DNA of 64,000 nt, from NCBI GenBank assembly GCA_964304625.1, contig OZ199838.1, forward strand, positions 3,856,705 to 3,920,704, in the 5' to 3' direction. The notes under the pieces were generated by a model. The model saw nothing but the letters and a program-made list of their open reading frames with translations, did no database searches and was not told the DNA's origin. A program made the position numbers and the translations under genes. How positions within the stretch are numbered: the first letter of the stretch is position 1; each line of letters starts with the position of its first letter. Below are positions 36,126-49,984 of the stretch, piece by piece. This stretch comes from Kudoa neothunni (lineage: Eukaryota; Animalia; Cnidaria).

Positions 36126-39100
36126 AGCCGGAAGGTGATAACAACTATACACAAAATAAAACAACACATATATCGATTCAACAATTACATCAGATCAATA
36201 GCAGCAAATATCGCAGTAGTAGTAGCTTATAAAATTACTCGAAATAACAGCAGTGAGATTGTACTGTGCGTAAATAAGCGTTACACTAAACAAATAAATC
36301 ACCTCTTTTCTTCTATACCCAATAGAATTACCCCGGGAAAAGCTTAACCGAACTTAGCTCTAACAAACAACTACCAGACTAATTTTAATTCCTTTTCAGG
36401 ATTATTGATGTTGACGCTTTTGTTTTGATTGCAGCGTCAAAATGATCATGCTAAACCCATTTTAAAACCTCCACTGTATATAAATTGTTAGCTTTGGTGA
36501 TCAACTCGTGCCAGGTAAATCAAACAAACACCAATCCAAAAGAGACCATGCCCCACGTTTTGAATCATCAACCAACAATTAGCTAAGCCGCTGGGAAAAT
36601 TTTCACCAGTCCTACCGGTACTTTGTTATGTTGTAGAATTCAATGAGAGATCAACAACAACCTTTACATAGCACTACGATAGTGCATATTGTGCATATTC
36701 GGGATAACCTCCTAAGCTGAGAATTGTTCCAGATAAACAATTTTAATCTTCAACACCTGAGTAACGTTTCTTTCAACGGTGTTGTTATTTGGTGAAATAA
36801 TTCAGTCTCAATGTGCTTTTCTTATCGTAATGTAGTTAATAACAACTTAAATTGATTTTAAAGTTAAAGATGTAAATAGCTCATCTATGTTATCAATTAT
36901 ACCAACTATGGTCATAATTTAAGTACGCTGGGAAGGATTTCTGTCCGTAAAAACTATCAGCCAACGATTCCAATTTTTTTTAAATAGTGAATAAGAAACA
37001 TAAGATCGAAATAATTTGACCGAAATAATATCGTCCCCGTTAATGCGTTTCGTTTGTAAAGAATAAAAGTTTTCATTTGTTGAAAATAGCACAACAGCCA
37101 CGTACTTTAGAATTTTCAGGAGAAAATTCTATAACAGTCAAGTTCTAATGTTGTAATATCCATAGTATCCGAAAACATTATTTTAATAATAAGGTACTAA
37201 AAGTAATTGAAGAGACATCTATTCCCTTTATTTTTATATTCTCACTCTCTATTATTAATACCTTATACGTAAGAGATTTCATATGATTCTCAAATGGTAT
37301 ATTAAATCATTCATTTTGTGAATCTTTTTTCATATATTATTAATATCATGAAAATTTCGAGTTGCTCTAATTCATTATTTCACAAACTATTCGATGTTGT
37401 GATTGTTTGATTTCAGATTTGGTTAAACAAACATAATGCACGATAAACACGGTAGTTTGGCAAGCTTAGCGTAATATGCGAGCTGAACCTCAATTGGATC
37501 ATAAAAATTTTATATTATTAATAAATATAATCCACAATATCTCTTTCTTTATTCTTTCGTGTCGAATGTTGCCATATGGTAACATCAAATGGTTTCGATG
37601 GTTTATCAATGTTTATTATATACTTTATCTCAAAATTTAATCCTCAAACGAGTTTATATAAATTTTTACAGCATAAAATAAGAAATGAGAAATTTTTCAA
37701 AAAATCACTAAGGAGTTTTATATAAATAAATTCACATCATAACGATTTTTTTATTTGCACAGAAGAAATAAATATTATAAAATAGAACATATTGTTTATA
37801 TAAATAAGTGTAGAACATGATTCTACTAATCAATATAGTTTTGAGAAGAAGATTAATATTTGTGTGTAATTACAAAAATATATTTCTAATATGCGATTTT
37901 CAGGCGCGATGGAGTGGAATTATTAAATATATTTAATATCACGCTAGATATCTGGTCCAATATAATTGAATTAATAAATTAAAAGAACTTTTTCGAGATA
38001 TTCAAAGCAGAACGTTGATTATGGCGTAAAAAATGAATAGATTGAGTTTTTATCTGAAAAATCGCCCAAACGACTGGTCATTTTTTATTAAGGCTTTTAT
38101 TTTATTAAATGAATTTTCTCGTTAAGACCTGTAACGCTTTTTAAAAAATACACTGTAAAATATTTTTACATAACTCTATATATTTTTTCTTGATAGTTTA
38201 AGGTGTTTTCGTGTAAAATTTTATGTTTAACTCTCTTATTGAGTGCAAAAAAATTTACCCGCTCTGAAGTGGGGTTTATCATTGATCCCAAAAAAATCAA
38301 CACTAATGAAATTTTACAGTTCTTACGTCTCGATCTATTAACGTATAATATTTTCTCAAGTTAATAAAAATAAATATTCAATTTGTGCTTCCTTCATAAA
38401 AAATGACATTGTCAACCGCATCATTTTGTACACAAGAGGAAATGAGTGCGTTAAAATTAGTCATGTTTAGACTACCGTAATTATCTTATAAGCATGATTC
38501 ATTAATTAAGTTGGATATTCAAAAAAACAAAGATTAGGGTAATAAATGACACCAGCAACAAAACACACACTAATAGACAACTTTAGTTGGATGTCGGTAT
38601 AAGCGGAGTTTGTACCAAAATGGCGCGATATTTCGTATGTATGCTTTTTGCTGATTTCTACTGTTATAATTTGTAGTATTCTGGTCTTACATGGTTGCAT
38701 TTTGAATTTGAAATACATTACAATGAATTTGCCACCAGAGCGCGATTCGAATAATGTTGTAAGATTAACTTTCGTAAATCTTCAAAGAACCCCATCACAG
38801 TAAAAATTTATCATTTATAACAATATAATCAAAAGAATAGTTTTAAAACCTAAAAAATAATTAAATAAACAATATTCCGAAATCAGACATTGATATTCGA
38901 AAGTTAACATAAATTTTTATTATGGCAAAAATTTTTATCTTTAAAACATAAATCTATGACTCGTTCGGTTTAAAATGTAGATTCAAAACTTTGACGAAGC
39001 AATAAAAAAACTGTGTGAGAAATAAGTTAGTTTACTACGAGTTATGAACAAAATAGCTCTGTCGAGGTCACCAGGTTATCCCATTTCGGACAAGGTTAAG

Positions 39101-40296
39101 CTGATGAATATTCAGTTATAACCTAATATATTATCTACTTCCATTTAGTTGCAGCTCCTTTATCTATTAAAAATAGGGATCCTAATGAACAACAAATTTT
39201 TTAAATTTAAGCTAAGTTATTAGTCATTGATCGAATCATTTGTGGTTTTGTCAACATTGGGATTTTGGAGTATACATTAATTTCGTATATCTATCTATAA
39301 TATCAAATGAGAATAATTCTGTCTTTCAATCTATCGAATAAAATGTACTCAAGTTTAAATCATTCTCAGTACCTAATTGAATATTTAACCTTTAGATAAA
39401 ACTTAACCTTTTAAAATTTTAATTATTCCTAAGTAAAATTCTTTAATCTTTGCAGTTCGGCTGTTATACTCTGGTGCTTTTATTATATTTAATTATTGTA
39501 GTTATTGAATAAATTTTGTAGAGATGGTGGTTCCCTGAGCTATCTATTCAAAATACCAAAGATACCGATCATTTACCAGAAAAGTAAAAAAAATTTTTTA
39601 GAATCTGCATTTGGGAGACTTTTATATTTAAGAGTTGTACTTTTATTGATTAATATTATATATTTTTTTAATGATTACTCATTTTCAGAACGGAATCGTA
39701 ATATTCTAAATAAAATTCCAGAAAAGGTTTGTAAATTGTGTAGTTCTGGGTCAACACATCAAAGCTTTAAGCTTCTCGGCTAATCACACCTAACCCCTTG
39801 TATTTCCTTCTCACGAAATGATTCGGTCTATTTAACCTACTATATTTCCTGGTAATGAGGAAACCACAACCCTAAATAACCTCTTTTGAAAAATTCAGTG
39901 GCTCCTACTCCATGAGTCACAAACGATTACTGTTACTTTTTACGTCCCCAATGATTCACTTCTCTATCTGGCCCTCGTCCTCCCCAATGAACCCAACGAT
40001 ACCTGAAGATGCATCACACTGGGGCGAGGGTACACACTAACTATAGCCTCTATCAAGGAATTGGATGCACAACGCAAATTCATCGACTTCAATTAAAAAC
40101 CCCCAGTCACAATCGAATGAGTGATTCCGTGAGTCGTCCATCTGTTTTTACAAAGAAAGAAAGAGGTTGGAAGGACGAAAAACCACCCGTTTAATTTACT
40201 GATGCAAAAAAAATAAATTTTTGAGTGTAGGATATAGTAGAGCCAAAAAAACAAAATAATACGAATTTCCTATAATATGATATTGGATTTTAGTTT

Positions 40297-40659
40297 TTAA
40301 TGCCTAGGTGGTGCCAAGCGTATTCGCAAATTCTGTCGCCGGGAACCTAATCTTCTAGCTTGGAGCGGCACAATTTGTCTTTCTCTCATATCACGTAATC
40401 TATTGGCGGAGATAGTTGTAGGATCTAAAATTGAAGAAAATACACAATGGAGTTTAATACTTGAGTTTTTAACGAGTTTATATAGAGAAATAATTTATTG
40501 AATCAAGAGAATGTTTTATAATGAAACTCACTCTTGGTTGTAGTGTAGCACAATAATAGCTCGGAGCAGGTATCTATTGCATCTTTATAGTTAGGTGCCG
40601 TAACCTATTATGTAAAAATTAAATATATGTAAAGCTTTACTTTAGTTTTATATTTAACA

Positions 40660-40697
<38 letters not shown>

Positions 40698-41298
40698 ATA
40701 AACCAATTAACATACTTGCGAATGGTCATCAGGACGTTGTGTGTTATACATCTCATTATGACGACCTTCGATACTCTATTAATTGATAATATTGTTGTTC
40801 AATAAGTATTTAATTACTACACAAGGAATGCAGGTAGTTGGTCTTTGTAACTTGGTAACTTTTTAAACTACAGTAAATGCTCAAAATTAATTATGTACCT
40901 TTGTATCCTAAACAATTAGCTGCATGACCACAAATCGGTATTCTCCTGTTAAAATCATTGATAACTCCGTCTGGATTTCGTCTAGCTTCTTCAATTAGAT
41001 TAACCTAAAATTTGTTAAAAATATAAAACTCAATAATAAACTTTATTGGGATATTCACGAAAATGGTGATAAGAACGAACAATTTGTAATGCTCTGTCCA
41101 TTTCATCTTTTTCTTCATCGTCCAAATAGAGCTATAGACAATGATTGGAAAGGAACAGTTTATTATTTAAATATTTCATTATAATTACTCCAATCTCTTG
41201 GGAACTATTCTTCAAGTATGTGTCTAAATAAAATTATAAACGCTACTCTGAATCTAACTACATAGAACAAGTAGCAATATTTTCAAATGTTGATTCAT
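40297..41298 (-). CDS. Orphan secreted cysteine-rich protein (paralog A, 8 exons)
   Basis: Splices to MNQHLKILLLVL-YTYLKNSSQEIG-LYLDDEEKDEMDRALQIVRSYHHFREYPNK-VNLIEEARRNPDGVINDFNRRIPICGHAANCLGYK-VTKLQRPTTCIPCV-VVIMRCITQRPDDHSQ-VTAPNYKDAIDTCSELLLCYTTTK-NPTT...PPRH*. Intron positions match paralog B. Confidence 0.75.
40662..40696. repeat. (TA)n microsatellite inside an intron of orphan gene A
   Basis: Perfect TA run. Confidence 0.95.
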
Positions 41299-42226
41299 TC
41301 TACAACCTCTGAGCTCTACAAGGTATCCGGGAAAAATTTTTTTATATAGGAAGTTATCAATTAATCTAACCTATGTAATAAAAATAAAATAATGTCCAAA
41401 TCTTTGAGATACTAAAATACAATAGATTGTATCTAAATAAGATTATTTTTGTAATATACATTATTAATGAGTGACTCAGTTGAAAATTTTGAATAGAATT
41501 GATAGTGGTTTGGGAAAACCACAAATAGTTATTGTTAATCAAAATAAAACTTTGTTGGACTTAAAAAGTACAACATTTAGTATAAATTTATAAATAAATC
41601 ATTAATGCTATTTCTAACATACGAAAATAAAATTATATTTGTCATCACAATGTATTTAATCTATTTTTATGAATTTTATAACTTGGAATGTTTTATTTCT
41701 CAATGTAAATAAATGAAAAATAAAAACCATAAATCGATTATTATAATTCTCAAAATAAAAAAAACTGCATAACTCTTAAATATAATTTACTTAAAGAGTG
41801 AAATATACGATAAAACTATTAATATAAATAATGGTTGTTGATTTTTTAACATCTATTTAAAAATTTAGTGTAAAACAATGAGATTATGATATAATGCATT
41901 CGTATCCAATATTTCTAAAGAATTCATTAAATTATATTATGATCAATTAAAAATATTTTGTATTATTACATTACTGATTAAAGTTTGTGTTATTATGATT
42001 TATGAAGATAAAAACCTCTAATTTAATAACCTTAATCCTAACATTATAGGGGTCATTTCTCTTAAGGGTGAACACTTAGAGTTGTTTACTTGGCAATAAT
42101 ATTCATATGTTAAGTTTCATTTTATTGTATAGATAAAAAAGAAAATAACCATAAGTTAACTAAATAAAGCAATTTTTCTTGGTATAAGTAACCAGTTTTC
42201 CCCAACGATAACATAGGGGAATTTAA

Positions 42227-43035
42227 TCTTCTAAGTAGCTGAAAAATTTATATCCTCCAAATAAAATTCAGCATTGACTAATAAATATGAGGAAAATTCA
42301 TTGAATAAATGATCAATTATCAAAGTTATATTCTGTGCACCCAAACGCACACATTTATGTTGTTACATTTCTATGGGGTACGATCGTATTTATAGGTGTA
42401 TTTATGTGGTTTTTTAGTTTTTACATTTAATTCAAATTTTATAACAGCTGTCATTTAATTTATTTTAAACAATGCAATGTAAAACTGCGCAGAAAAACAC
42501 TAAACTTGTCAAAATTTTGAGCCATTATATCATGTCTTTTTAACGCTCTTTACAATACGAAACTAAGAATATGGATTAACATTTTTCACGTATGTTTTAG
42601 GTCGATCTCTACGACGCAAAAAAAGCGAATGCATGAAATGTCATCGTATTTTGAATAACTGGTGTAAAAATAATGAGAGAACGAAGTGCTATCGTTGTAT
42701 TCTGGAGATAACTACATTCTTCTTATCCGCTATGCGCATGCGTACTGGCTTCGCGTGTACAATGTTTCGTTATTTATTCATTATTTACTCGATGGAATTT
42801 CCGTAAATTTCAAAAAATCACATGTATCAATATTTTAAATAATTTTATTTGGAAGGTGTTTTTACATTAACTTTTTTGATATATGACAAAAAAAAATTTC
42901 AACTCATTTTTCTGAAAGTTTTCATAAAGGTAAGAGAATATAAAATGTGGAGAAGAATTATATTCCGTTCATACACTATAATATTGTTGACATAATTCAC
43001 TTGGGGTAGAAATCCACCCCATTTTATTTAGAAGG
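42227..43035. mobile_element. piggyBac-type non-autonomous element
   Basis: TTAA(T)CTTCTAAGTA at 42223 versus TATTTAGAAGG-TTAA at 43025-43039; subterminal palindrome GGGGTAGAAATCCACCCC. Confidence 0.5.
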
Positions 43036-43369
43036 TTAATAAAATAAAAAATTATTTCCGTATCATACTGACAATTTTTGTATTGTACCTTGTTCAAACG
43101 ATAAACACCAATAGGAAATAACTGTGATATAATTTAAAACTGTGCCTAACATCTATTTGAGATTTGATATCTTATTTTGGATCATTATCTCTTAAATATT
43201 AACAAACAAACGTATCATTACAACAATATCTTACAACATAAGTAAGCAATATAAGTAGAGACCGTAATTTTCGATTAAAATTGATAAACGCCGAAAAACA
43301 TCAATTTTTTCTGAATTTTGAATTTCCATTGAAAGTCGAGATAACTTGCGGACTGCTTTTTGTATCATT

Positions 43370-44500
43370 ATGGGTAGAAAGAGACGACAAATTAACAATT
43401 ATGTAACCGAATGGAACGACTTAGAACATCTGGAAAACAATTTAATTTCCAGATTTTATAATATTAAATTGCCTCTACAACAAAACGGAATTATGGAGCA
43501 CATTAATTCAATAAAACATCAGTCGTTGAAGGGGTTTTTTGATAATGTACCTCCGATTCCCAATATTATTTTTAGAGAAAAAGAGAATAATGAGTTGGAA
43601 ATGGACTTAGTCTCTATTATTGCGTTTGATGGACGTACGTTGACATTTCTCGACAGAAATTGTAGGTATCGCGATGTTTTGGCAAAATAATGTTATGTAA
43701 ATCGATCATTGCCTGATGGGAGAACTCTGATTGATAATTTTTTGCCAAAAATATATCAAAAAAATTCAGAAGCTATTAAACAAATTTTGTAAAATACAAG
43801 ATTTTCCCTGGTAATAGATAAAAGCCGTGATTTTAAAAACAGACAATTATTCAATATTTTGGTTTGTTTTTATGGCCCAGAGACCAACGACAGATCTATA
43901 TTCATGATTGATTTCAAAGTCCTCACTGAATATAATTCTGTAATTATTGCCAGAATCATTTCAGAAGCTCTCCAGACGAATGAATTATGTTGGAAAAGTA
44001 GTATGGCCATCATATCGGACACCGCTCCGTATATGAAAAAATATTATAAAAATATTAAAATGCTTCACGATTATATCGTAAGGGCGCCATGTGTTTCACA
44101 TTTAATCCACGGTGTAATACGAAAAACCATAGATAATTTATTGTTGAACATAAATAAATTTTGCAGTAGGTTTTCGGCTTTGTTATCTAAAAACCGGCCC
44201 GCAAAAGTCTTATTTTTGCGGGTACTCGAGAAAAACAACATACGCTTTGTAAAAGAAATCCCAAGAGTCATTGACATTCGCTGGCATAGTCTATACAAGT
44301 GCTTGTTATGTTGTCTAGATTACTTCGAAAGTAAAAAGAAATATCTATCGGGGGAAAAATTAAGTCTATCTTAAAGTTGTCTGAATTTATTGAGTTCTCT
44401 AGAGAGTGATTGGAAGAACTATTAATTTTCATTTAATTCATAGTAAAATGTTTTTCCCCATTGTACGATCTCTCTACAGAAATCTAATCCAATTCTTCCA
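43370..44500 (+). pseudogene. hAT-superfamily (DUF659-like) transposase pseudogene
   Basis: Near-continuous frame with in-frame stops: FSLVIDKSRD..NRQLFNIL, IISDTAPYMKK, PCVSHLIH (CxxH), IRWHSLY. Confidence 0.82.
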
Positions 44501-45664
44501 CTGGTATATCCAAACTTGATGATTGGATGAAGTCATGTAACAATATAAGAAAAGGCAGTGGCCATTCTCATGGAAACGAATAACTTCTCCGTTATAGATG
44601 ATATTTTAAATCTGATTACATATTTGAATGCGGCTATTTTTAATCTATTTTTTTTGCAAAAATTGTTTGAAAATTTAAATAATAAAAGTTCAACATTTTG
44701 TCTGTCCTATTTACACTGTTCAATAAGTACACTCACATTTTTGAGTCTAATATTATGTAATATAAACATTATAATCGAAATGAAATGTATACATATCTAG
44801 TGTTGGTTAGAAACCTTTAGTTTAATAAGCCTCAACGCACGCAGTTTAATTTAGAATAAGTCATCTCCAATCATTTACGAAACATATACGTTTCTATCTA
44901 AACATTTTTTAATATTAATTTAACAAAATCGTCTTTAATTAATGGATATTAATTGGATTCGAAATATTTTACATCGATGTAACCCACTTTTCATATGTAT
45001 CTATAAGATTGTTCCATAAATTCAGCGAATTTTGGTTGTTTTCTCCTTACAAATATGTTTACTTTAATCAGAAGTATGAGAGAGTTTTTCATGGTGCCTA
45101 TTCATGAATACAGAACCTACAAATACAGGAACTTATGAGCTTAAATTTAAGAGTAAACCTATACTTCTTAATTTAAATTCATTTATCAATTTTTAACAAG
45201 CAGGGTGATTCTAAATTTTCTGCATTAATTCCTCTGGTAGTGTCTCAATGGGTAAATTTATAAAGTAAAAAGTTTTGAATCGTGATTTTTGGGGTACGTT
45301 TGTTCGGCTTTTGTAAAACGAGCCAACGAAGAAATGTAATAAGTATTATAATAAACAATGTTGAGTTAAAATAACGCTTAATTCGGCCTTGAGCATTTTG
45401 AATTGTTCTGAAAAATTTCATTTTAAGATTGCAAACATCTGTTTCCTGATACTGAGGGATGTGTAATTTTAATAGTTCAGAAAAATCAATTTTCACTCCA
45501 TTGAAGAATTGATCAACTTATCCACTAGCCGTGGCCGTTTAGCTGTGCGCCCAATAAAATTTCTCCAAAATAACCACATTCGAAATTTTAACAGTACAAT
45601 AATATTTTTTAATAAAAAGTATAGTTTTGAATTGATCAATTTGACAGCGCTTCATATTTTTTTT

Positions 45665-46124
45665 ATTCACAAGGTAAAACCCTGGTGCAACTTATTCGAT
45701 TAGGTCGTGAAATTCTGGTTGGTCAGACTTGTTCCATTAACGCTTTCGGCACCGCAGGACGTAACATGAAACCCCGCCCCTTATCTTTTTGTGGTAGTGT
45801 GGGACTTTAACTCACTAAACATCTCCGTCTCAGAGCGACCACCACCCTAAACACTATCCCTTTAAGGACGTTGGCTCTGTGAGGACTGAAAATTACTTGC
45901 CTTTCGATGGGTTCCAGAGATTCAAATTCCTATTCACGCGAATTTGGCTGCTAGTGCATCCCACTCCACAGCGGGCGTACACTTTAACAACAGCACCCAA
46001 ATATGGGATTGAGACCAATCGACACGGAAGCACGGAAGCAACAGTCTGACCGCCGGCGGATTCGAACCCATCACCTCAAGGTTCTGAGTCCGGGTGTCAC
46101 ACCGATGTGCTATCTGTCCTCGGC
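45665..46124 (-). mobile_element. tRNA-derived SINE (copy 2, best-preserved head)
   Basis: Head GCCGAGGACAGATAGCACATCGGT...GGGTTCGAATCC (canonical B box); shared 3' half and tail; TSD about AAAAAAATA(T)TGA. Confidence 0.85.
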
Positions 46125-47478
46125 TCAATATTTTTTTCCGTAATGAAGAATCTACGTTGTTTGTAAAGCTCAGATGATACTTAAAGCATGCAAAATAAAT
46201 ACGAATCGAATTGGGTCAGATGTCGTCAAAAGTAAAAATTTTATTTTTGAAATGGACTCCTAATCGCGTTCCTAATATATAGGCTGGATTATTACCGTAT
46301 ATATTTGCATGTAGGTCAAACCCCAGTTTTAGGCGTTTAATTAAATGGGATTTATCATCTCGCCTACAAGTTGATCATATTGATATTTTAGATACCAAAA
46401 CGCCGTCCATAAAAATAAAAATTCTTAAGTATTTGAATTCATTTGAAAAATATAATTTTAAATATTGTGAAGCTTTTATGTAACTACAAACTATACAATT
46501 ATAAAAGACAATTTAAATAAAAGCTTTAATTTCTTATATTGTGATCAGTTATTATTAAAAGTTAAACAAAAAAGGGCCCCAAGAATTCATCATCGTTATC
46601 ATCATCACTTTCAAAGTCTTCTCAATTAGTCGTAGGATAATGTATTGTTATCAATTGTCATATCATAAGAGCCATCTTGAACAATATCACTTATTCTGGT
46701 TGTGATACTCTCATCATAATATTCATTTTCTGCCATGCATGAGATTTAAGCATTCGCTCCGATATTTCCGATTTCAATCTTCCAAGTATGCTCGGTGGAC
46801 AGGTCTCACCCACATTTTGTGACTAAAATTTGGGTAAAAACGGTTGCCGTCTATAAACAAGTATATATGATAACTTATTCCGCGTATTGGAGTGAAAAAG
46901 AACGAATGATTAATTTTTTTTTAAATATTACATTATTTGATATAATTAACATCAATAATTTCCCACTGACTTATACTAATCCTATTCAATTAAGTATCAT
47001 CTTGAGAAAAATCAACAAAAATTTCTCCATTCTCCTTTTTCTGATACTTCCATGAAATAAGTTTTGTATGAATTAATAAATTTTGACTTGTATTAAATTT
47101 GGAATGATAATAAACTGTTATATAGTCCGTTTATTTTAGACAATATAATCAAACATTATATTTGGAAGATTCCGTACGCAATAACTCTGACTATTAGAAG
47201 AGTGCATTTTATAAAAATTTATTTATAGAAAAAAATCAAAAATTAAGCAGATACATCAATTTTTTGTTTGTTGGTTTTAAATGTTAACTAAAATTATTGT
47301 ATGAGGGGATTTCTTATTTCATTTAAACATAGAAAACCAGGCGTTACATTTTGTAGTTAGAATAATAAACATTCATGTTACAGTCAAAATTTTCCACTTA
47401 CTTAAGGTTAAGAGAAGCGAAATAAGGAAAAATCATGTAAACTCATTGTGATAGAGTGTTATAATGTTGTTGGTTCTT

Positions 47479-48404
47479 TTATGGTAATTCTATTGTAAAT
47501 GTAACTTTATTCATTCCTCTAACTGATAATGGCCATTGTGTGTTACCAGAGGGAACAAGCGTGTTATCCTGAGATGTAGAAGAATCTAAAATTTATTAAA
47601 TAATTAAATTAAAATTTTCTGATCTATTACGGATAATAAATTATGCAATATTATGAAACTCACCATCAACTAAGGAGTTACAATAATGATTTTTTGCGCA
47701 AGTGGTTTTAGCTTCATTAAACGCATCCGTTTCCTATAATGAGAATATTAGGCAAATAATAAACTTAAATCTATAATTATGATTTTCAAGTTATGTTGAA
47801 AATTAATCTAACTTACTAACGATGTTAATTGAGTCCCAGCTGGAATACTTAGAAGCTTAGTTTTCTGCACGATCACCTATTATTGGTAAATATATCTCAA
47901 TAAATAATTAATTACAACACAGGGAACACAAGTAAAAGGTAGATTTATTTTCGTAACTGTAAAAGTTTAAAATTTAAATCACTAAATAATTAAGTACCCC
48001 TGCCTCCGCAACAACTAGCCTTCGTTTTACAAAAATCATCCGTGTACTTCTGATAATCGGCAATAAGTTGATCTGGATAAGCTATGTATTTCTTCAGAAA
48101 ACGAATCTAAAATTGTTGTTAATAAAGATAACTTAAAAATATAACCTTAAAGCGGCTTTCGGTAAAAAACCTATCATGCATCAACAATTGCATCATGTTC
48201 GTTAACTTTTGCTTGGGATCATCGTTCAATTGAAGCTATAGAGAAAAACATAAAATACATTTTTATAGTTTAAACATAAAAATAATTCAACTTCATTTGT
48301 CGAGTAAGTATCATTAATTTTTAATGCACCTAAAGCAAATCAGAGATGATACTCTCAACCTAAATACAGAGAACAAGCAATAATATTTTCAACTGTGGAT
48401 TCAT
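47479..48404 (-). CDS. Orphan secreted cysteine-rich protein (paralog B, 8 exons)
   Basis: Splices to MNPQLKILLLVL-CALKINDTYSTNE-LQLNDDPKQKLTNMMQLLMHDRFFTESRFK-IRFLKKYIAYPDQLIADYQKYTDDFCKTKASCCGGR-VTKINLPFTCVPCV-VIVQKTKLLSIPAGTQLTSL-ETDAFNEAKTTCAKNHYCNSLVD-DSSTSQ...IELP*. Confidence 0.78.
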
Positions 48405-49953
48405 TCCGCACTCTCTCAACTCTATAAGACTTTCTTTTGAGTGCTCTTTTATATCTGTTTATCATTTAATTTAACTCACATATTAAAAAAGTCACTGGTT
48501 ATTGAAACGAATTTTTATAATCCTAAATGGTATTTACAATTGTGCAATATCATTTTTTAACCTCAGTAACTCATATTTATAGTTTATGTGTAGATTTTAT
48601 TCTTTAGAATTTGTTGTAGTTTATTTTTACCTTTTCTATCGTTCTTAGATGCAAAAAGTAACTAAGTACAGTCAAAACTGCACTGGCCTGGATACTATGA
48701 CCTCTGTCAATAGTCACTAAAAGAATAATAGTCATATCAGTAGAAGATAAATAAAAACAATAGATTACCTCAAAATAAGATTATAATAGTGATGCATATT
48801 GTTAACTTATGACTCAGATAAAAACTTTGAATAGAGTGGATATTCGATACAATTAGATTAGGGGAAACCACGTAAATAGTTGAATTTAAAGAACACTACA
48901 CTACCGTGATCCTATAAAAAATAATACACAACATAATAAATATATTCATAAATCTCCAAGATTACTCTTATCTGGCATAAATAATATTTATTCGTGCCAT
49001 TCCTTTTTGTTTAATTTATTTTATCGAATTAAATTAATAATTTAAAGGTTTTATTCTTAGATGGAATCAAATTAAAAGTGAAAAAATTGTTTTACCTTAA
49101 TTAGGTCAATCAAGCAAGATAATAAAATCTTTTAAATACAATCTTTATTAAAGTTATGATATCCTAATTGTTATATATAATATCTTTTAATTATTACTAC
49201 CGTCTCTATAAAAAACATTAATAAAATCAAATTATAGAATCTTAATATATCTGCTTTTAATTCCGTAATACTAAGATATTCATTTGGTACAATTAATAAG
49301 GGTTAAGAATATTTTCTGTCAGTTCAGTATTGATTAAAACATACGTTGTCAACATTAATTTTTATAAAAATTTAGCGTTTTAGTTTTAATAATTTTAAAA
49401 TTATGAATATCATGCCTCATAATTAAGAACTATACACGTTTTATGTGTTGTAAATGTTGAAAATATATATATTAATATTTTATGATAAATTAAATTAATT
49501 TGAATTAATTTGAATCATTTAATTAAACGACAGTCATACTTGTATAATATCAATCTCGTGTACCGATGGTACAGTTAAACTTGGTAAAGTAATAATTGGA
49601 GCCTACTTTGTGACAATGTAGTTATTAATGTATATGCATAAATTTATCTTTACCAAAATAACTAATTAAAGTGGATTAGGAATAATTTTAAAAATAAATC
49701 ACAAACAAAATTTTATGTATATATACATACATATCAATTTTATTTAGTTAATGTTTTTAATGCCCTATCTGTATAAAGTAATTATGTCCTTATGTTCGTG
49801 TGTGCTAAAATGCACTCCTAATACAGTATACAGTGACCTTCTAATATATTTGACTAGGTAAGTACACTTATCTAATTCTATTAATGGTATTAAATAAAAA
49901 TAGGTCCATATTCGCTTTATTAATGATATTTTGGTCGTGTACTTTATAATCAA

Positions 49954-49958
<5 letters not shown>

Positions 49959-49984
<26 letters not shown>
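49959..49984. repeat. (TA)n microsatellite
   Basis: Perfect TA run. Confidence 0.95.

Noticed and set aside
35562-36347. Plus-strand ORFs antisense to the cadherin (also 15556-15867, 26393-26617, 32893-33081)
   Set aside because: Shadow ORFs of real coding sequence with no independent motifs.
46040-46124. tRNA gene on the minus strand (GGTTCGAATCC B box)
   Set aside because: No good acceptor or D stem. It continues into a repeat body with A-tail and TSD, so it is a SINE head.
44990-47200. Coding-like fragments on the minus strand flanking the SINE
   Set aside because: Many stops and no diagnostic motif; probably old TE debris.
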